In this document: one piece after another, positions 9,055-17,653 of the stretch
Position numbering within the stretch: position 1 is the stretch's first letter
Layout: every line of letters begins with the position of its first letter
NCBI GenBank assembly: GCA_963704755.1
Contig: OY969938.1
Coordinates: 3,330,001 to 3,362,000, forward strand
DNA length: 32,000 bases
Direction: 5' to 3'
Source of the DNA: an uncultured Chloroflexia bacterium
GTDB lineage: Bacteria; Chloroflexota; Anaerolineae; Anaerolineales; Anaerolineaceae
Notes under the pieces: generated by a model
The model's input: only the letters and a program-made list of their open reading frames with translations
Database searches by the model: none
Told to the model about the DNA's origin: nothing
Made by a program: the position numbers and the translations under genes

Positions 9055-9074
9055 GCTGATGTGAGAGTTTCAAT

Positions 9075-9200
9075 CTAACGGCTTGCTGGTGGGTGGGCGG
9101 GACGAGATAAAACTTCGAGAGCAGGATTCTATTCGGATGTAGAAAAAAGCCCGAAAATGGCGCGGAATCCCACCCGTCAAAAGCGTACTTTGTTGGGCGC
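9075..9200 (+). repeat. R2 repeat copy 1 (~130 nt)
   Basis: CTAACGGCTTGC..GGTGGGTGGGCGGG..~70 nt..TCCCACCCGTCAAAAGCGTACTTTGTTGGG. It aligns along its length with copy 2. Confidence 0.6.
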
Positions 9201-9271
9201 AATCATGAAACGCTAGAACTCGCTGGCTAAGAATCAAATCTTACTCCAATTCTTAAACGACCAAACTCTAA

Positions 9272-9748
9272 CTATTTCTTAGCATTTGCAAGGTGCTGTT
9301 GTGCGAGGGCGATAAATTGCTGTCTGTGTTCTGAACTTTTGAAAGCATTTTCTGGAATTGTGAATGCGTTTGAGTTCTTGCCAGTAATGATGACTCTATC
9401 TGGAGTTGTAGAAATGCTGTCAACGGCTTTCCAAAGGATTTTGTCTTCCTTCTTGCCAATTTTCGTTTCAATTCCTTCTTCGTTTATTGACAAAACTCTT
9501 TTCTGCGTTTTTGCGGTGACAAAACTTAAGCCAGGAATTGCCAAAATAATGCCAACGGCAAACATAATCGCAACGACAAAATCATTCAGGTTTAGATTGC
9601 CTTGAATGCAATAGTGGAGGAATAAATAATAAGCGGAAAATAAAAAAGCCGCCCCTAGAACAATCAATCTCGTTCTAGATGAGTTTCTGAGGTTGAAAAA
9701 ATATGCTTTGACCAAATCCATTCGCTTGATTCGATATTCAATGACCAT
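9272..9748 (-). CDS. YcxB-like membrane protein
   Basis: 158 aa with two N-terminal TM helices and then a soluble domain, the layout of the YcxB family. GGAG lies 6 nt upstream of the ATG. Confidence 0.55.
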   Translation of the reverse strand: MVIEYRIKRMDLVKAYFFNLRNSSRTRLIVLGAAFLFSAYYLFLHYCIQGNLNLNDFVVAIMFAVGIILAIPGLSFVTAKTQKRVLSINEEGIETKIGKKEDKILWKAVDSISTTPDRVIITGKNSNAFTIPENAFKSSEHRQQFIALAQQHLANAKK

Positions 9749-9779
9749 TATTGCTCCAATGTTTTATCGTATTTGTGCG

Positions 9780-9911
9780 CCCAACGGCTTGCGTTACCCG
9801 CGTGTGGGCGGGTGTGGGCGATGCCTGGGGGCAGGAAAAACCCGAAGCGAGGTAAATGTCAGAATAGCCGCACGCGAAGAGTCCCACCCATCAAGTGCAC
9901 GCTTTGTTGGG
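9780..9911 (+). repeat. R2 repeat copy 2
   Basis: CCCAACGGCTTGCGTTACCCGCGTGTGGGCGGG..GTCCCACCCATCAAGTGCACGCTTTGTTGGG. It is a direct repeat of copy 1 and the two flank the YcxB-like gene. Confidence 0.6.
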
Positions 9912-10087
9912 AGGACTTTTGGGGCTGAAATCAACCCCAAATGCATAACCGATACTTCCAAAAATTTTTAACAGCCTGGAGACTGGTTAAGTCGCCGCAT
10001 CGTGCCAGCCTGATAGACTGCGTTTTCCTTGAACGACAATCCGGGAAAGCTAGCAAAATAGCCATTTCGTGATGTCAGGCTTCGCCC

Positions 10088-10654
10088 CTAGGTCGGAAGT
10101 AGATCAGATAGCTGGTGCTCGAGTTCGTTGTAAACAGCGTCTGCCTCGGCTCCCAGGGCGTTGAATGTCTTGCTAGCAAAGCTACGCATCGTTGCCGTCA
10201 GCGTAATGTCGAGGATTTCAACATCTTCAAGACCCAACGCACGCAGCGCATCAACATCCGCTTGAGTCATTTCGTTGGCGTTCCGTGCAACTTTCTGGGC
10301 GAATTCCATCATTGCAACCTCAACGCTTTCCAACCCCGCGTCATGGAAATTTGTGAGGATCGCACGCAACTGATCTACACTGACCCCGTTCTTGTTCAAG
10401 ATTGCGCCATGAGCAAGCAGGCAGTAACGACAATTCAAGGCCATCGCAGCAGCGAACGTGACCAACTCGTAAGGTCTCAATCGCAAGTTCTTGCGAATGC
10501 TGGCTTGAAAGGTGCGCCATGCTTCCAACACCTCAGGGCGCAGGCTGAAGACTTTGGCGTGATTGGGCACGTACCCCATACTCTTTTGGTCGCCTTCGTA
10601 GATCTCAAGGAGCTTACCCTCAGCCCCCGCTTCCGAAATGGTTTGAATGTACAT
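10088..10654 (-). CDS. Carboxymuconolactone decarboxylase / AhpD-like family protein
   Basis: CxxC..H motif (NCRYCLLAHG) typical of the family. Start trimmed to MYIQT (10654), which has GGAGGA 5 nt upstream. Confidence 0.8.
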   Translation of the reverse strand: MYIQTISEAGAEGKLLEIYEGDQKSMGYVPNHAKVFSLRPEVLEAWRTFQASIRKNLRLRPYELVTFAAAMALNCRYCLLAHGAILNKNGVSVDQLRAILTNFHDAGLESVEVAMMEFAQKVARNANEMTQADVDALRALGLEDVEILDITLTATMRSFASKTFNALGAEADAVYNELEHQLSDLLPT

Positions 10655-10692
10655 GAATTCCTCCATTAATTCCTCGCTTGTCCTCTGTGCTG

Positions 10693-10730
10693 CCCAACGG
10701 TTTGCGTTACTGGCTGGTGGGCGGTGTGGA
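10693..10730 (+). repeat. R2 repeat, 5' half only
   Basis: CCCAACGGTTTGCGTTACTGGCTGGTGGGCGGTGTGG matches the 5' part of R2 copies 1 and 2. No 3' half was found nearby. Confidence 0.45.
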
Positions 10731-10868
10731 CAAGCAATCAATGTAGTTATGGTTTGGGTTCACCTTTGAACCTTCCAATTATTCATAGAGACCAAATTCC
10801 ACCATATCCATACTTATACCTCAAAATAAACAACTTGCTCAAAACGAAAGTGTATCTTAAAACCATTA

Positions 10869-11215
10869 TTACCTGATAATCTCCGAAATCCCCCGAACAT
10901 CCCTTTCCAAATTCTCCATCACATCATTATTCCAGAACCGCAACACCTTATACCCTTATGCCTCAAGATAAGCCGTGCGTTCGGCGTCATATTCCTGCTG
11001 ATCCAGATGCTGGCTGCCATCCAGCTCGATGATTAACTTTTATTTTGGAGCAACACGCTTCCAGTGGGCAGAGCCAAGTCCACGATGTAAGGCCCGATGG
11101 CATGCTGGCGGCGAAGTTGTGGTGCAGTTTGGACGAATTCTTGAATATGGAAATGCTGGTTCGCCGGTGATTCATTCACCCCCTCCTGCCTCCCCCATTT
11201 TTATTCCAAAAATAG
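10869..11215 (-). pseudogene. DUF559 (Vsr-like endonuclease domain) gene remnant
   Basis: Minus strand gives ..LRRQHAIGPYIVD.. in one frame. After a frameshift near 11031-11050 it gives KLIIELDGSQHLDQQEYDAERTAYLEA*GYKVLRFWNNDVMENLERDVRGISEIIR*, with an in-frame TAA at 10956-10958. Confidence 0.6.
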
Positions 11216-11368
11216 GGGGGAGCGCTTTTAATCAGGGATCGTTTGCAAATTTAAATTTACACTTTTTCATTATATAATCTGAGCGAGGCCACTCCCTCTC
11301 TAAAATTCGAAGGATTTTGCGCTTCCAGCGGGCAAAGCCGGTGAGGGCCAGGGATGGGCGGGGTGAAT

Positions 11369-11398
11369 TAAAAGCGCCCTCCATCTCTGAAGAGCGCC
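11369..11398 (-). terminator. DT-type terminator hairpin (copy D) after the methyltransferase gene
   Basis: AAAAGCGCCCTCCATCTCTGAAGAGCGC is 28/28 identical to the hairpin of DT copy B. It lies 12 nt after the stop at 11410. Confidence 0.7.
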
Positions 11399-11409
11399 TC
11401 TTCCTCATT

Positions 11410-12156
11410 TCACCGCTGCATCAGCGCGAACACCCCCCATCCCATATACTCCCGCGTATAAGCGGCATAGCGTCTCGGCTCCGAGGTCAGTTGGGCGCGG
11501 ACCTCTTTTGCGAGATCGTCATCCGGATTGTCTTCCAGCCACCGGCGCATCGTCAGCCATTTGGCCGCCTCGTAGCGGTCCCAGCCATCTTGGTCAGCCA
11601 GAACCATTTCGACCACGTCGCAGCCAAGGCGGTCGAAAAACTCGAGCAGTTCTGGAAGCATCAAAAATTCGGAGATCGATTCGGCCTGGCACCACCGGGC
11701 AACCTCTTCCGTCGGCGGGATTTTCCGCCAGAACGGCTCGCCGATCAGGAGAATCCCCACAGAGCGCAGGCTGCGTGCCAGAAGCTCGATCGTGCCGGCC
11801 ACACCTCCGCCGATCCAGGTGGCGCCCACACAGGCAGCCACATCGACCTTCTCGTCAGAAACATAGCCGGCAGCATCGTTGTGAATGAACCGGACCCGAT
11901 CGGCAACACCGAGTTCTTCAGCCCGAAGTTTGGCCTGCTCGGTGAACAACGGGCTCAGGTCGATACCGGTGCCGGTGATGCCGTAATCGCGTGCCCAGGT
12001 GCACAGCATCTCCCCCGAACCGCTGCCGAGGTCGAGCACCCGCTCCCCCGGTTTCATCCGCAGCGCCGCGCCGAGCGTGGCCAGCTTATCGGCTGTGATC
12101 GGGTTGTGAATGCGGTGAGCACTTTCCGTGACGTTGAAAATTCGTGGTATGTCCAT
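11410..12156 (-). CDS. Class I SAM-dependent methyltransferase
   Basis: Motif I VLDLGSGSG. Start trimmed to MDIPRIF (12156). No clear SD. Confidence 0.8.
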   Translation of the reverse strand: MDIPRIFNVTESAHRIHNPITADKLATLGAALRMKPGERVLDLGSGSGEMLCTWARDYGITGTGIDLSPLFTEQAKLRAEELGVADRVRFIHNDAAGYVSDEKVDVAACVGATWIGGGVAGTIELLARSLRSVGILLIGEPFWRKIPPTEEVARWCQAESISEFLMLPELLEFFDRLGCDVVEMVLADQDGWDRYEAAKWLTMRRWLEDNPDDDLAKEVRAQLTSEPRRYAAYTREYMGWGVFALMQR

Positions 12157-12239
12157 TGTGAAAAAGTTACTTACAGGTGAATATAAGAAAATAGATCCCG
12201 CCCTCGTTAAAGTATACTTCCGAAAGAATCCGTTAATGA

Positions 12240-12306
12240 CAAAAACGCCCTCCATCGGGGGGTGCTTCTTCCGTGTCTTCGGTGTATTCCGTGGTTAAAT
12301 TTCTTG
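12240..12306 (-). repeat. Degenerate DT unit (copy E, internal deletion)
   Basis: Minus strand reads GGTGGATGACAAG-AAATTTAACCACGG. This resembles copy C (TGTGGACCAAG..TATAAATTTAACCCGG) minus about 16 nt. It is followed by the weak hairpin CACCCCCC-GAT-GGAGGGCG and T5. Confidence 0.35.
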
Positions 12307-12326
12307 TCATCCACCAGGAAAAGGCA

Positions 12327-12677
12327 TTACCCGTTGGCGCGGAAATATTTGGCGCGAATAAACGCATTCATTTTGTCGCGCGATGATGTTCCGTCACCTC
12401 GGTATGGCTGGACAGTTTCACAGGTTTCGTATTCTTCGCAAGTTGCACAAAAATCTTTGCCTTTCGCCAGCGCACATGAACGGATTGTACAGTGCGAGCA
12501 ATCTGTTGCTATAAGTTTTAGATCGGGATACTTGCAACCCAAACAGACAAAGTCGATCGCATCCGTTTTCTCATTACCGAATTCACGATTTATTTGATTA
12601 AGGAGGATGCCATTTCCAGTGACCGTCCCTTTGAATGAAGGACATTCTTCACAATTAATGCCGCAATGCGCAATCAT
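12327..12677 (-). CDS. DUF3795 domain (Cys-rich, metal-binding) protein
   Basis: Starts MIAHCGINCEECP.. and carries further CxxC pairs (CLGC, CSHCTIRSC, CATC). GGAGAG lies 5 nt upstream of ATG 12677. Confidence 0.7.
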   Translation of the reverse strand: MIAHCGINCEECPSFKGTVTGNGILLNQINREFGNEKTDAIDFVCLGCKYPDLKLIATDCSHCTIRSCALAKGKDFCATCEEYETCETVQPYRGDGTSSRDKMNAFIRAKYFRANG

Positions 12678-12845
12678 AGTTCTCTCCATCGGCAGCACGC
12701 TGAATCTCATCTGGCTATTGACTGAAAGGTCAGCCGTTTCATGAGCGACTGATTCGTTCCCGAAATATCGAAAAACCGCTAATAAGCCGCGCTGAATGCC
12801 GGCCTCTCGACAAAGCTCCCAGAGTCACATTATATTATGGGAATC

Positions 12846-12950
12846 AAAAAGCGCCCTCCAGAAATGGAAAGCGCTTCGTCTGTGTTTATCGTTTTTTTCT
12901 TGGTCTATCTCAAAACCGGCCGAAACTTATACCGATAGATTTGATTTACC
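12846..12950 (-). repeat. DT unit copy F
   Basis: Minus strand reads ATC TAT CGG TAT AAG TTT CGG CCG GTT TTG AGA TAG (IYRYKFRPVLR*). It is followed by the hairpin GCGCTTTCCA-N4-TGGAGGGCGC and T5. Confidence 0.65.
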
Positions 12951-12975
12951 GAATTTTTGGATAGTAATTTCTGCT

Positions 12976-13021
12976 TGAAAAAGATGAGTTCACCCTGGCA
13001 CCACCCTCCAGGGCAGGTGAA
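12976..13021 (-). terminator. Hairpin plus T run downstream of the WYL regulator gene
   Basis: Minus strand reads TTCACCTGCCCTGG-N9-CCAGGGTGAA followed by CTCATCTTTTTC. Confidence 0.45.
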
Positions 13022-13114
13022 TACGAACCCACCAACTTAATCCCTACATTAACATGACCCGGTAAATTGTTCTGGAAAACTTTATTTACAGTAAGCTAAA
13101 AGAGGACCAATGTT

Positions 13115-14071
13115 CTATAGAGCGAATTGTTCCAGTAGATCACGCGCTTGTGCTGCGACCGCCTTTTTCAACTCGCAAGGCTCCAAAATCTCTACAAAAC
13201 CAGACAGGCCAAAGACGAGCATTTTCGCCTGCAAGTCAGAATCCAGGGAGAGGGATATTGTCTTCCAGCCCCTATCCTCTGCATCGGCATTCATTTCCCA
13301 ACGCCCAGGCATTAGCGTTTTGACAAACGATATTCGGTCCGGGTGAACCCGTAGGGTGCAATGATAACCTGATGAAAAAATTTCCAGGTTCTGCGTGTGC
13401 GAACGCCAGTAAGTCGGCAGGTCAAAATCGGGGCGGCGCGTAAACGATCCATCGAGCAGTTGCATTGAATGAAAACGATTGACGCGATATATACGCAGCT
13501 CCCCGTCGCGTTCGGCGAGTAAATACCAAACACTCGACTTGCAAATCAGGCTATACGGGGCCAGCGTACGCTCTGCAATATCACCATCATAATTCTCGTA
13601 CTGTGCTTTGATCATTCTGTCTTCATATACAGCCCGCTGAATCTCCTCCCAAAAAGGCGAGATCGAAGCGTCATGCCACCACCACGTTGGGTCTATCATC
13701 AGGCGTTGGCGAATATGATCGGCGGTGGAATGATGCGCATTGGGCAGAGCCGCCAATAACTTAAGCAAGAGGCGTTCTCCGGCGTCCCCCAAACCCACGT
13801 CGCGCAAGGCTTCATTGTTGTTGGTGACGAACAGGCTTTGCACTTCTAACGTATTTAAGCCCGTTAGCGTAGTGCGATACGCCTCGGCGAGCGCAATCCC
13901 GCCTCCATGCCCGCCTTCGCTGTAAACAGGTACGCCTGAAAACGATAACGCATTGATATCGCGCAGGATCGTTCGGCGCGAGACCTCTAATTCTTCCGCC
14001 AATGCTTTGGCGGTCATCTTGCCGCGCGTTTGCAGCAATAGAATGATAGACAATAATCGGTCGGCTCGCAT
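13115..14071 (-). CDS. YafY-type HTH / WYL domain transcriptional regulator
   Basis: N-terminal HTH (MRADRLLSIILLLQTRGKMTAKALAEELEVSRRTILRDINAL) and a central WYL-type region (SVWYLLAERDGELRIYRVNRF). Start trimmed to M10, which has GAGGAA upstream. Confidence 0.85.
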   Translation of the reverse strand: MRADRLLSIILLLQTRGKMTAKALAEELEVSRRTILRDINALSFSGVPVYSEGGHGGGIALAEAYRTTLTGLNTLEVQSLFVTNNNEALRDVGLGDAGERLLLKLLAALPNAHHSTADHIRQRLMIDPTWWWHDASISPFWEEIQRAVYEDRMIKAQYENYDGDIAERTLAPYSLICKSSVWYLLAERDGELRIYRVNRFHSMQLLDGSFTRRPDFDLPTYWRSHTQNLEIFSSGYHCTLRVHPDRISFVKTLMPGRWEMNADAEDRGWKTISLSLDSDLQAKMLVFGLSGFVEILEPCELKKAVAAQARDLLEQFAL

Positions 14072-14158
14072 CGCGTTTTCCTCATTCTTGGGTGACATAA
14101 GGTGTCACCCAATGAAATGTATCATCAAAATATATCAGAAAACAAAAGGAAAAACGAA

Positions 14159-14983
14159 ATGATAAAAACAACTAAAAATTATTTTGATTTGGGGGATGGG
14201 CAATTGTATTACGAGACTGCAGGCACGGGAATACCGCTTGTTTTATCGCATGCCGCCTTCCTGGACAGCGGAATGTTCGATGCCATCTGGGAGCAGTTGG
14301 CCAAAGAGTTCCGTGTGATTCGATACGACCTGCGCGGCTTCGGGAAGTCCAGCCCAGTACCGAGTCCGCTTGCAAGGCGTTACGATCTGGACCGCCTGTT
14401 AGCCCACCTGGACGTGGATCATGCGCATCTGGTTGGTTGTTCCCTCAGCGGAGAGATCTGTCTCGATCTGGCGCTCGAACAACCGCATCGTTTCAGATCC
14501 TTAACCCTGGTGGGCTCAACCCCGAGCGGCTTTCAAATGCAAGGAGAACCTCCGCGCAATTTATTGGAAATGTTTGCCGCTTTGCAAAGCGGCAATTTTG
14601 ACCACGCCAACGAACTTCAAATCCGTATCTGGCTGGACGGTGAACATCGGGAACCAGGCCAGGTCGACTTGAATTTACGAAAAAAAGCATTAGAGATGAA
14701 TCGGATTCCTGTAACCCAAAATACGTTCTTTATCTCCGATATGCAACCAACTCACCCACTTGACCCACCCGCCATTACCCGATTGGAATCGGTCATATGT
14801 CCTACATGGATTGTCGCCGGAGCGCTCGATAATTCCGAGGTCTTGCGCGCGGCTGATGAAATGGTCAAACGGATTCCCAACGCGCGAAAAACGATTATCG
14901 AATCCACCGGGCATGTTCCCAGCTACGAACAGCCCGATATTTTTGTCAAAATGTTACTGGATTTTCTGAGCAGAATTAATTAA
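14159..14983 (+). CDS. Alpha/beta hydrolase
   Basis: Nucleophile elbow GCSLSG and C-terminal His (STGHVP). Start trimmed to MIKTT (14159), which has AAGGA upstream. Divergent from the WYL regulator. Confidence 0.85.
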   Translation: MIKTTKNYFDLGDGQLYYETAGTGIPLVLSHAAFLDSGMFDAIWEQLAKEFRVIRYDLRGFGKSSPVPSPLARRYDLDRLLAHLDVDHAHLVGCSLSGEICLDLALEQPHRFRSLTLVGSTPSGFQMQGEPPRNLLEMFAALQSGNFDHANELQIRIWLDGEHREPGQVDLNLRKKALEMNRIPVTQNTFFISDMQPTHPLDPPAITRLESVICPTWIVAGALDNSEVLRAADEMVKRIPNARKTIIESTGHVPSYEQPDIFVKMLLDFLSRIN

Positions 14984-15275
14984 TCTAAGGTGCTGCCTTA
15001 TCTAAAAACCCATTCATTTTTCATTCCCGAAGGACAACGGGACAGTGTACGGTGGGCTTTATTGGCAACGAAGCAATCTCAATTCATACCCAGGCGATTG
15101 CTTCGAAAGACTCCCGCCATGTACCCTCACAGAAGCCAGGCAGAGTTGGGAGGATAGGAGGGGGGTGGGTGAAAGCAAAATGTTAAGTTTAATAAATATT
15201 TTGTATTTCACACCGCAGACCACCCCCTCTGGCATCCCACCCATTTTCAAAAAACAGAAAATGGAGGAGAAAACC

Positions 15276-15380
15276 AAAAAGGCGCCCTCCACGCATTCGC
15301 GGAGAGCGCCTCATCATTTTTAAAAATTCTTACTGCATTACCGGCTGGAACTTGTACCCGTACATCCGACTCGGTCCACA
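15276..15380 (-). repeat. DT unit copy G
   Basis: Minus strand reads TGT GGA CCG AGT CGG ATG TAC GGG TAC AAG TTC CAG CCG GTA ATG CAG TAA (CGPSRMYGYKFQPVMQ*) with no start codon. It is followed by the hairpin GGCGCTCTCC-N10-GGAGGGCGCC and T5. Confidence 0.75.
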
Positions 15381-15597
15381 AGGCTTGGATATTGTTGACG
15401 GTATAACAAATTAAAATGATCTTATCGCGCTTTTGTACTATATTGCTGAAACCAGCCTGTAATCTCATCCAGAGAGCGTTGAGATTGAGCGTAGGCCAAT
15501 GTAAACCGGACCATCTCAGCATTTTCAACAACCAACCGATAGCCATTAAATCTCAAGGACAGCGCAACGCAGTGATTAATGAGCATTGAAAGTTTCG

Positions 15598-16524
15598 TCA
15601 ATTGAAAGACTGCCGAAACTCCGAAGGCGAAAGGTTGGTTTTTGCCTTGAATAATTTACTGAAAGACTGAGGATGTTCAAATCCTAATTGAAAGGCAATT
15701 TCAGTGACTGATAAATCGGTTGTGGACAGTCTTTCTTTTGCCTTTTCGATAAGTTTGTCATGGATGAGTTGTTGCGTGTTTTGTCCCGTTAACGTTTTAA
15801 GTAAACCGCTCAAGTAGTTGGGCGACACGCTCAGTTTTTCGGCGATGGATTTGACCGTGGGGAGCCCTTTTTCCACCAGATCTTCACTATTGAAATATTC
15901 TGCGAGAATCTCCTCCAATTGGTTTAAAATTGCATGGTTGGTTATTTTTCTGGTGATAAATTGACGTTGATAGAATCTTTCCGCATACGTCAATAGCAAT
16001 TCTATTTGAGCGATGATGATGTTTTGACTGAACTTGTCTATATTGGAGTGATATTCCTGCTTAATGCCTGACAGGATGCTGATAATTGTTGCTTCTTCTT
16101 TTTCTGAAAGGAACAACGCTTCATTGACCGAATAATCAAAATATTCATACTGCTTGATGGTTTTTGCTAACTGTGTATTCCAGAGAAAATCGGGATGGAT
16201 GAGTAAAATCCATCCCGATTGTTTGTGCGCTGCGTTTTGTTCGACCTCAACTCGAAAAACCTGGCCCGGAGCCAGAAAGAACATGATGCCACCATCAAAA
16301 TCATATTCTTGCTGACCATATTTCATCTTGGCGCTTAAATCCCGTTTCAGCGAGATGGAATAAAAGTCAAGCACAAAACTTAAAGGATTATTTTCAGGCG
16401 TATGTTTGATCGCCCCATAATCCACAACACTAATCAAGGGATGCTCCGGTTCGGGCAACCCTCTTAATCGATGAAACTCGCTGATCGTCTTAATTCGGTA
16501 AGGTTTTACGTTCTTCAGGTTCAT
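15598..16524 (-). CDS. AraC family transcriptional regulator
   Basis: C-terminal double HTH (..VKSIAEKLSVSPNYLSGLLK.. / ..VTEIAFQLGFEHPQSFSKLFK..). Start trimmed to MNLKN (16524), 7 nt after the NmrA-like stop. The region is AT-rich. Confidence 0.85.
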   Translation of the reverse strand: MNLKNVKPYRIKTISEFHRLRGLPEPEHPLISVVDYGAIKHTPENNPLSFVLDFYSISLKRDLSAKMKYGQQEYDFDGGIMFFLAPGQVFRVEVEQNAAHKQSGWILLIHPDFLWNTQLAKTIKQYEYFDYSVNEALFLSEKEEATIISILSGIKQEYHSNIDKFSQNIIIAQIELLLTYAERFYQRQFITRKITNHAILNQLEEILAEYFNSEDLVEKGLPTVKSIAEKLSVSPNYLSGLLKTLTGQNTQQLIHDKLIEKAKERLSTTDLSVTEIAFQLGFEHPQSFSKLFKAKTNLSPSEFRQSFN

Positions 16525-16531
16525 AGAATAC

Positions 16532-17428
16532 TCATTTTTGATTATAGATAGATGCAAATTCTTTTGCAAAGTTAGTCAGCTTTACTTTGCCCAACACGGG
16601 GTGATTACAGTAATAGTCTTCAAACAATTGACCGGTGTGCATAGCGGCATTCATCTCAACAAATCCGGCGGCAAGTTGTGGGTTGAAGCCTGCCGCGATC
16701 AAGCCGTTTAGCATTTGTTCATCCGAAACAACAATCCATTTCAAATCGGGCTTTCCAATAGCTGCGCCTAAAATGCTGGCGGTTTCACTGCAGGCCAATT
16801 CCTCGCTTGCCACATAGCGCACTTTTCTGCCAGCGGACGGCGTGCCTAATTCTTCAGCCACGGCAGTGGCAATATCGAGGTGTGAAACCCACGGAATGAT
16901 ATCGTCCCCACCATAGTTTGACACAATCATACTCTGTGTTTTTATCGTGTTTACAAAACTCAACAAATTGTAGTAGAAACCAACAGGACGTACAAACATA
17001 ATCGCTACGTCAGGCGGAAGTTTCTTCAGAATATTCTCTACATTGTGGTGAAAATTAAGCACGCCGTTTCCTTGATCGGTATGCGCGCCAATACTGCTAA
17101 GATGAACCACGTGCTTCACGTTCGTTCGACGAATTGCGTCCGCGTATTTGTTGCCAAGCTTATCATAATACCTTCTCAGGTCAAAATTGTGATCCAAGAA
17201 ACTGACAGGCGGTTCCATACAATACACTGCATCTGCGCCTGTAAACGTAGTTGTAAGAAATTTTACATCTTCGATAGAGCCGATGGCAGCAGTAGCGCCC
17301 AAAGCTTCAATATCTTTTTGTTTTTCCGGTTTACTGCTGATCACTGTAACCAAATGTCCTTTTTGCACTAATTCCTTTGTTAGCGGCTTGCTGATATGCC
17401 CTAAAGAACCCGTTAACGTAACTCTCAT
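16532..17428 (-). CDS. NmrA-like / atypical SDR NAD(P)-binding protein
   Basis: N-terminal Rossmann motif (VTLTGSLGHISK). AAGGAG lies 7 nt upstream of the ATG. Confidence 0.8.
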   Translation of the reverse strand: MRVTLTGSLGHISKPLTKELVQKGHLVTVISSKPEKQKDIEALGATAAIGSIEDVKFLTTTFTGADAVYCMEPPVSFLDHNFDLRRYYDKLGNKYADAIRRTNVKHVVHLSSIGAHTDQGNGVLNFHHNVENILKKLPPDVAIMFVRPVGFYYNLLSFVNTIKTQSMIVSNYGGDDIIPWVSHLDIATAVAEELGTPSAGRKVRYVASEELACSETASILGAAIGKPDLKWIVVSDEQMLNGLIAAGFNPQLAAGFVEMNAAMHTGQLFEDYYCNHPVLGKVKLTNFAKEFASIYNQK

Positions 17429-17594
17429 GCTGATTCTCCTTTTCTCAAGAAAATTCTACGGAGAAAAAGAGGAACTGTCTTAATCAAATCTACGATTGTT
17501 GTAGTCAAAACAAATGGTTTTTCTGATTGGGCTGAGTGTACTTGTCGAAAAACCTTTTCGTGTTCATATCGATCACATAACCTCTTTTTTCTAA

Positions 17595-17628
17595 AACAAA
17601 AAGCGCCACCTGTTTTATAGGTGGCGCT
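17595..17628 (-). terminator. Intrinsic terminator of the DUF35 gene (DT-type hairpin, copy H)
   Basis: Minus strand reads AGCGCCACCT-N7-AGGTGGCGCT followed by TTTTTGTTTT, 26 nt after the stop. Confidence 0.8.
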
Positions 17629-17653
17629 TTCGATTTCATTATAAAAGGGGCTT

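Noticed and set aside
8966-9971. Track ORFs 8966-9202, 9268-9471, 9339-9605 and 9693-9971. Track ORFs 15045-15323 and 15247-15546 are of the same kind.
   Set aside because: They run through DT or R2 repeat units or lie antisense to the YcxB-like gene. They have no SD and their sequences are not protein-like.
15422-15586. 54-aa minus-strand ORF below the track threshold (MLINHCVALSLRFNGYRLVVENAEMVRFTLAYAQSQRSLDEITGWFQQYSTKAR), just after the AraC stop.
   Set aside because: The translation looks protein-like, but there is no SD and I can assign no domain. It may be a gene fragment, so I did not call it as a feature.
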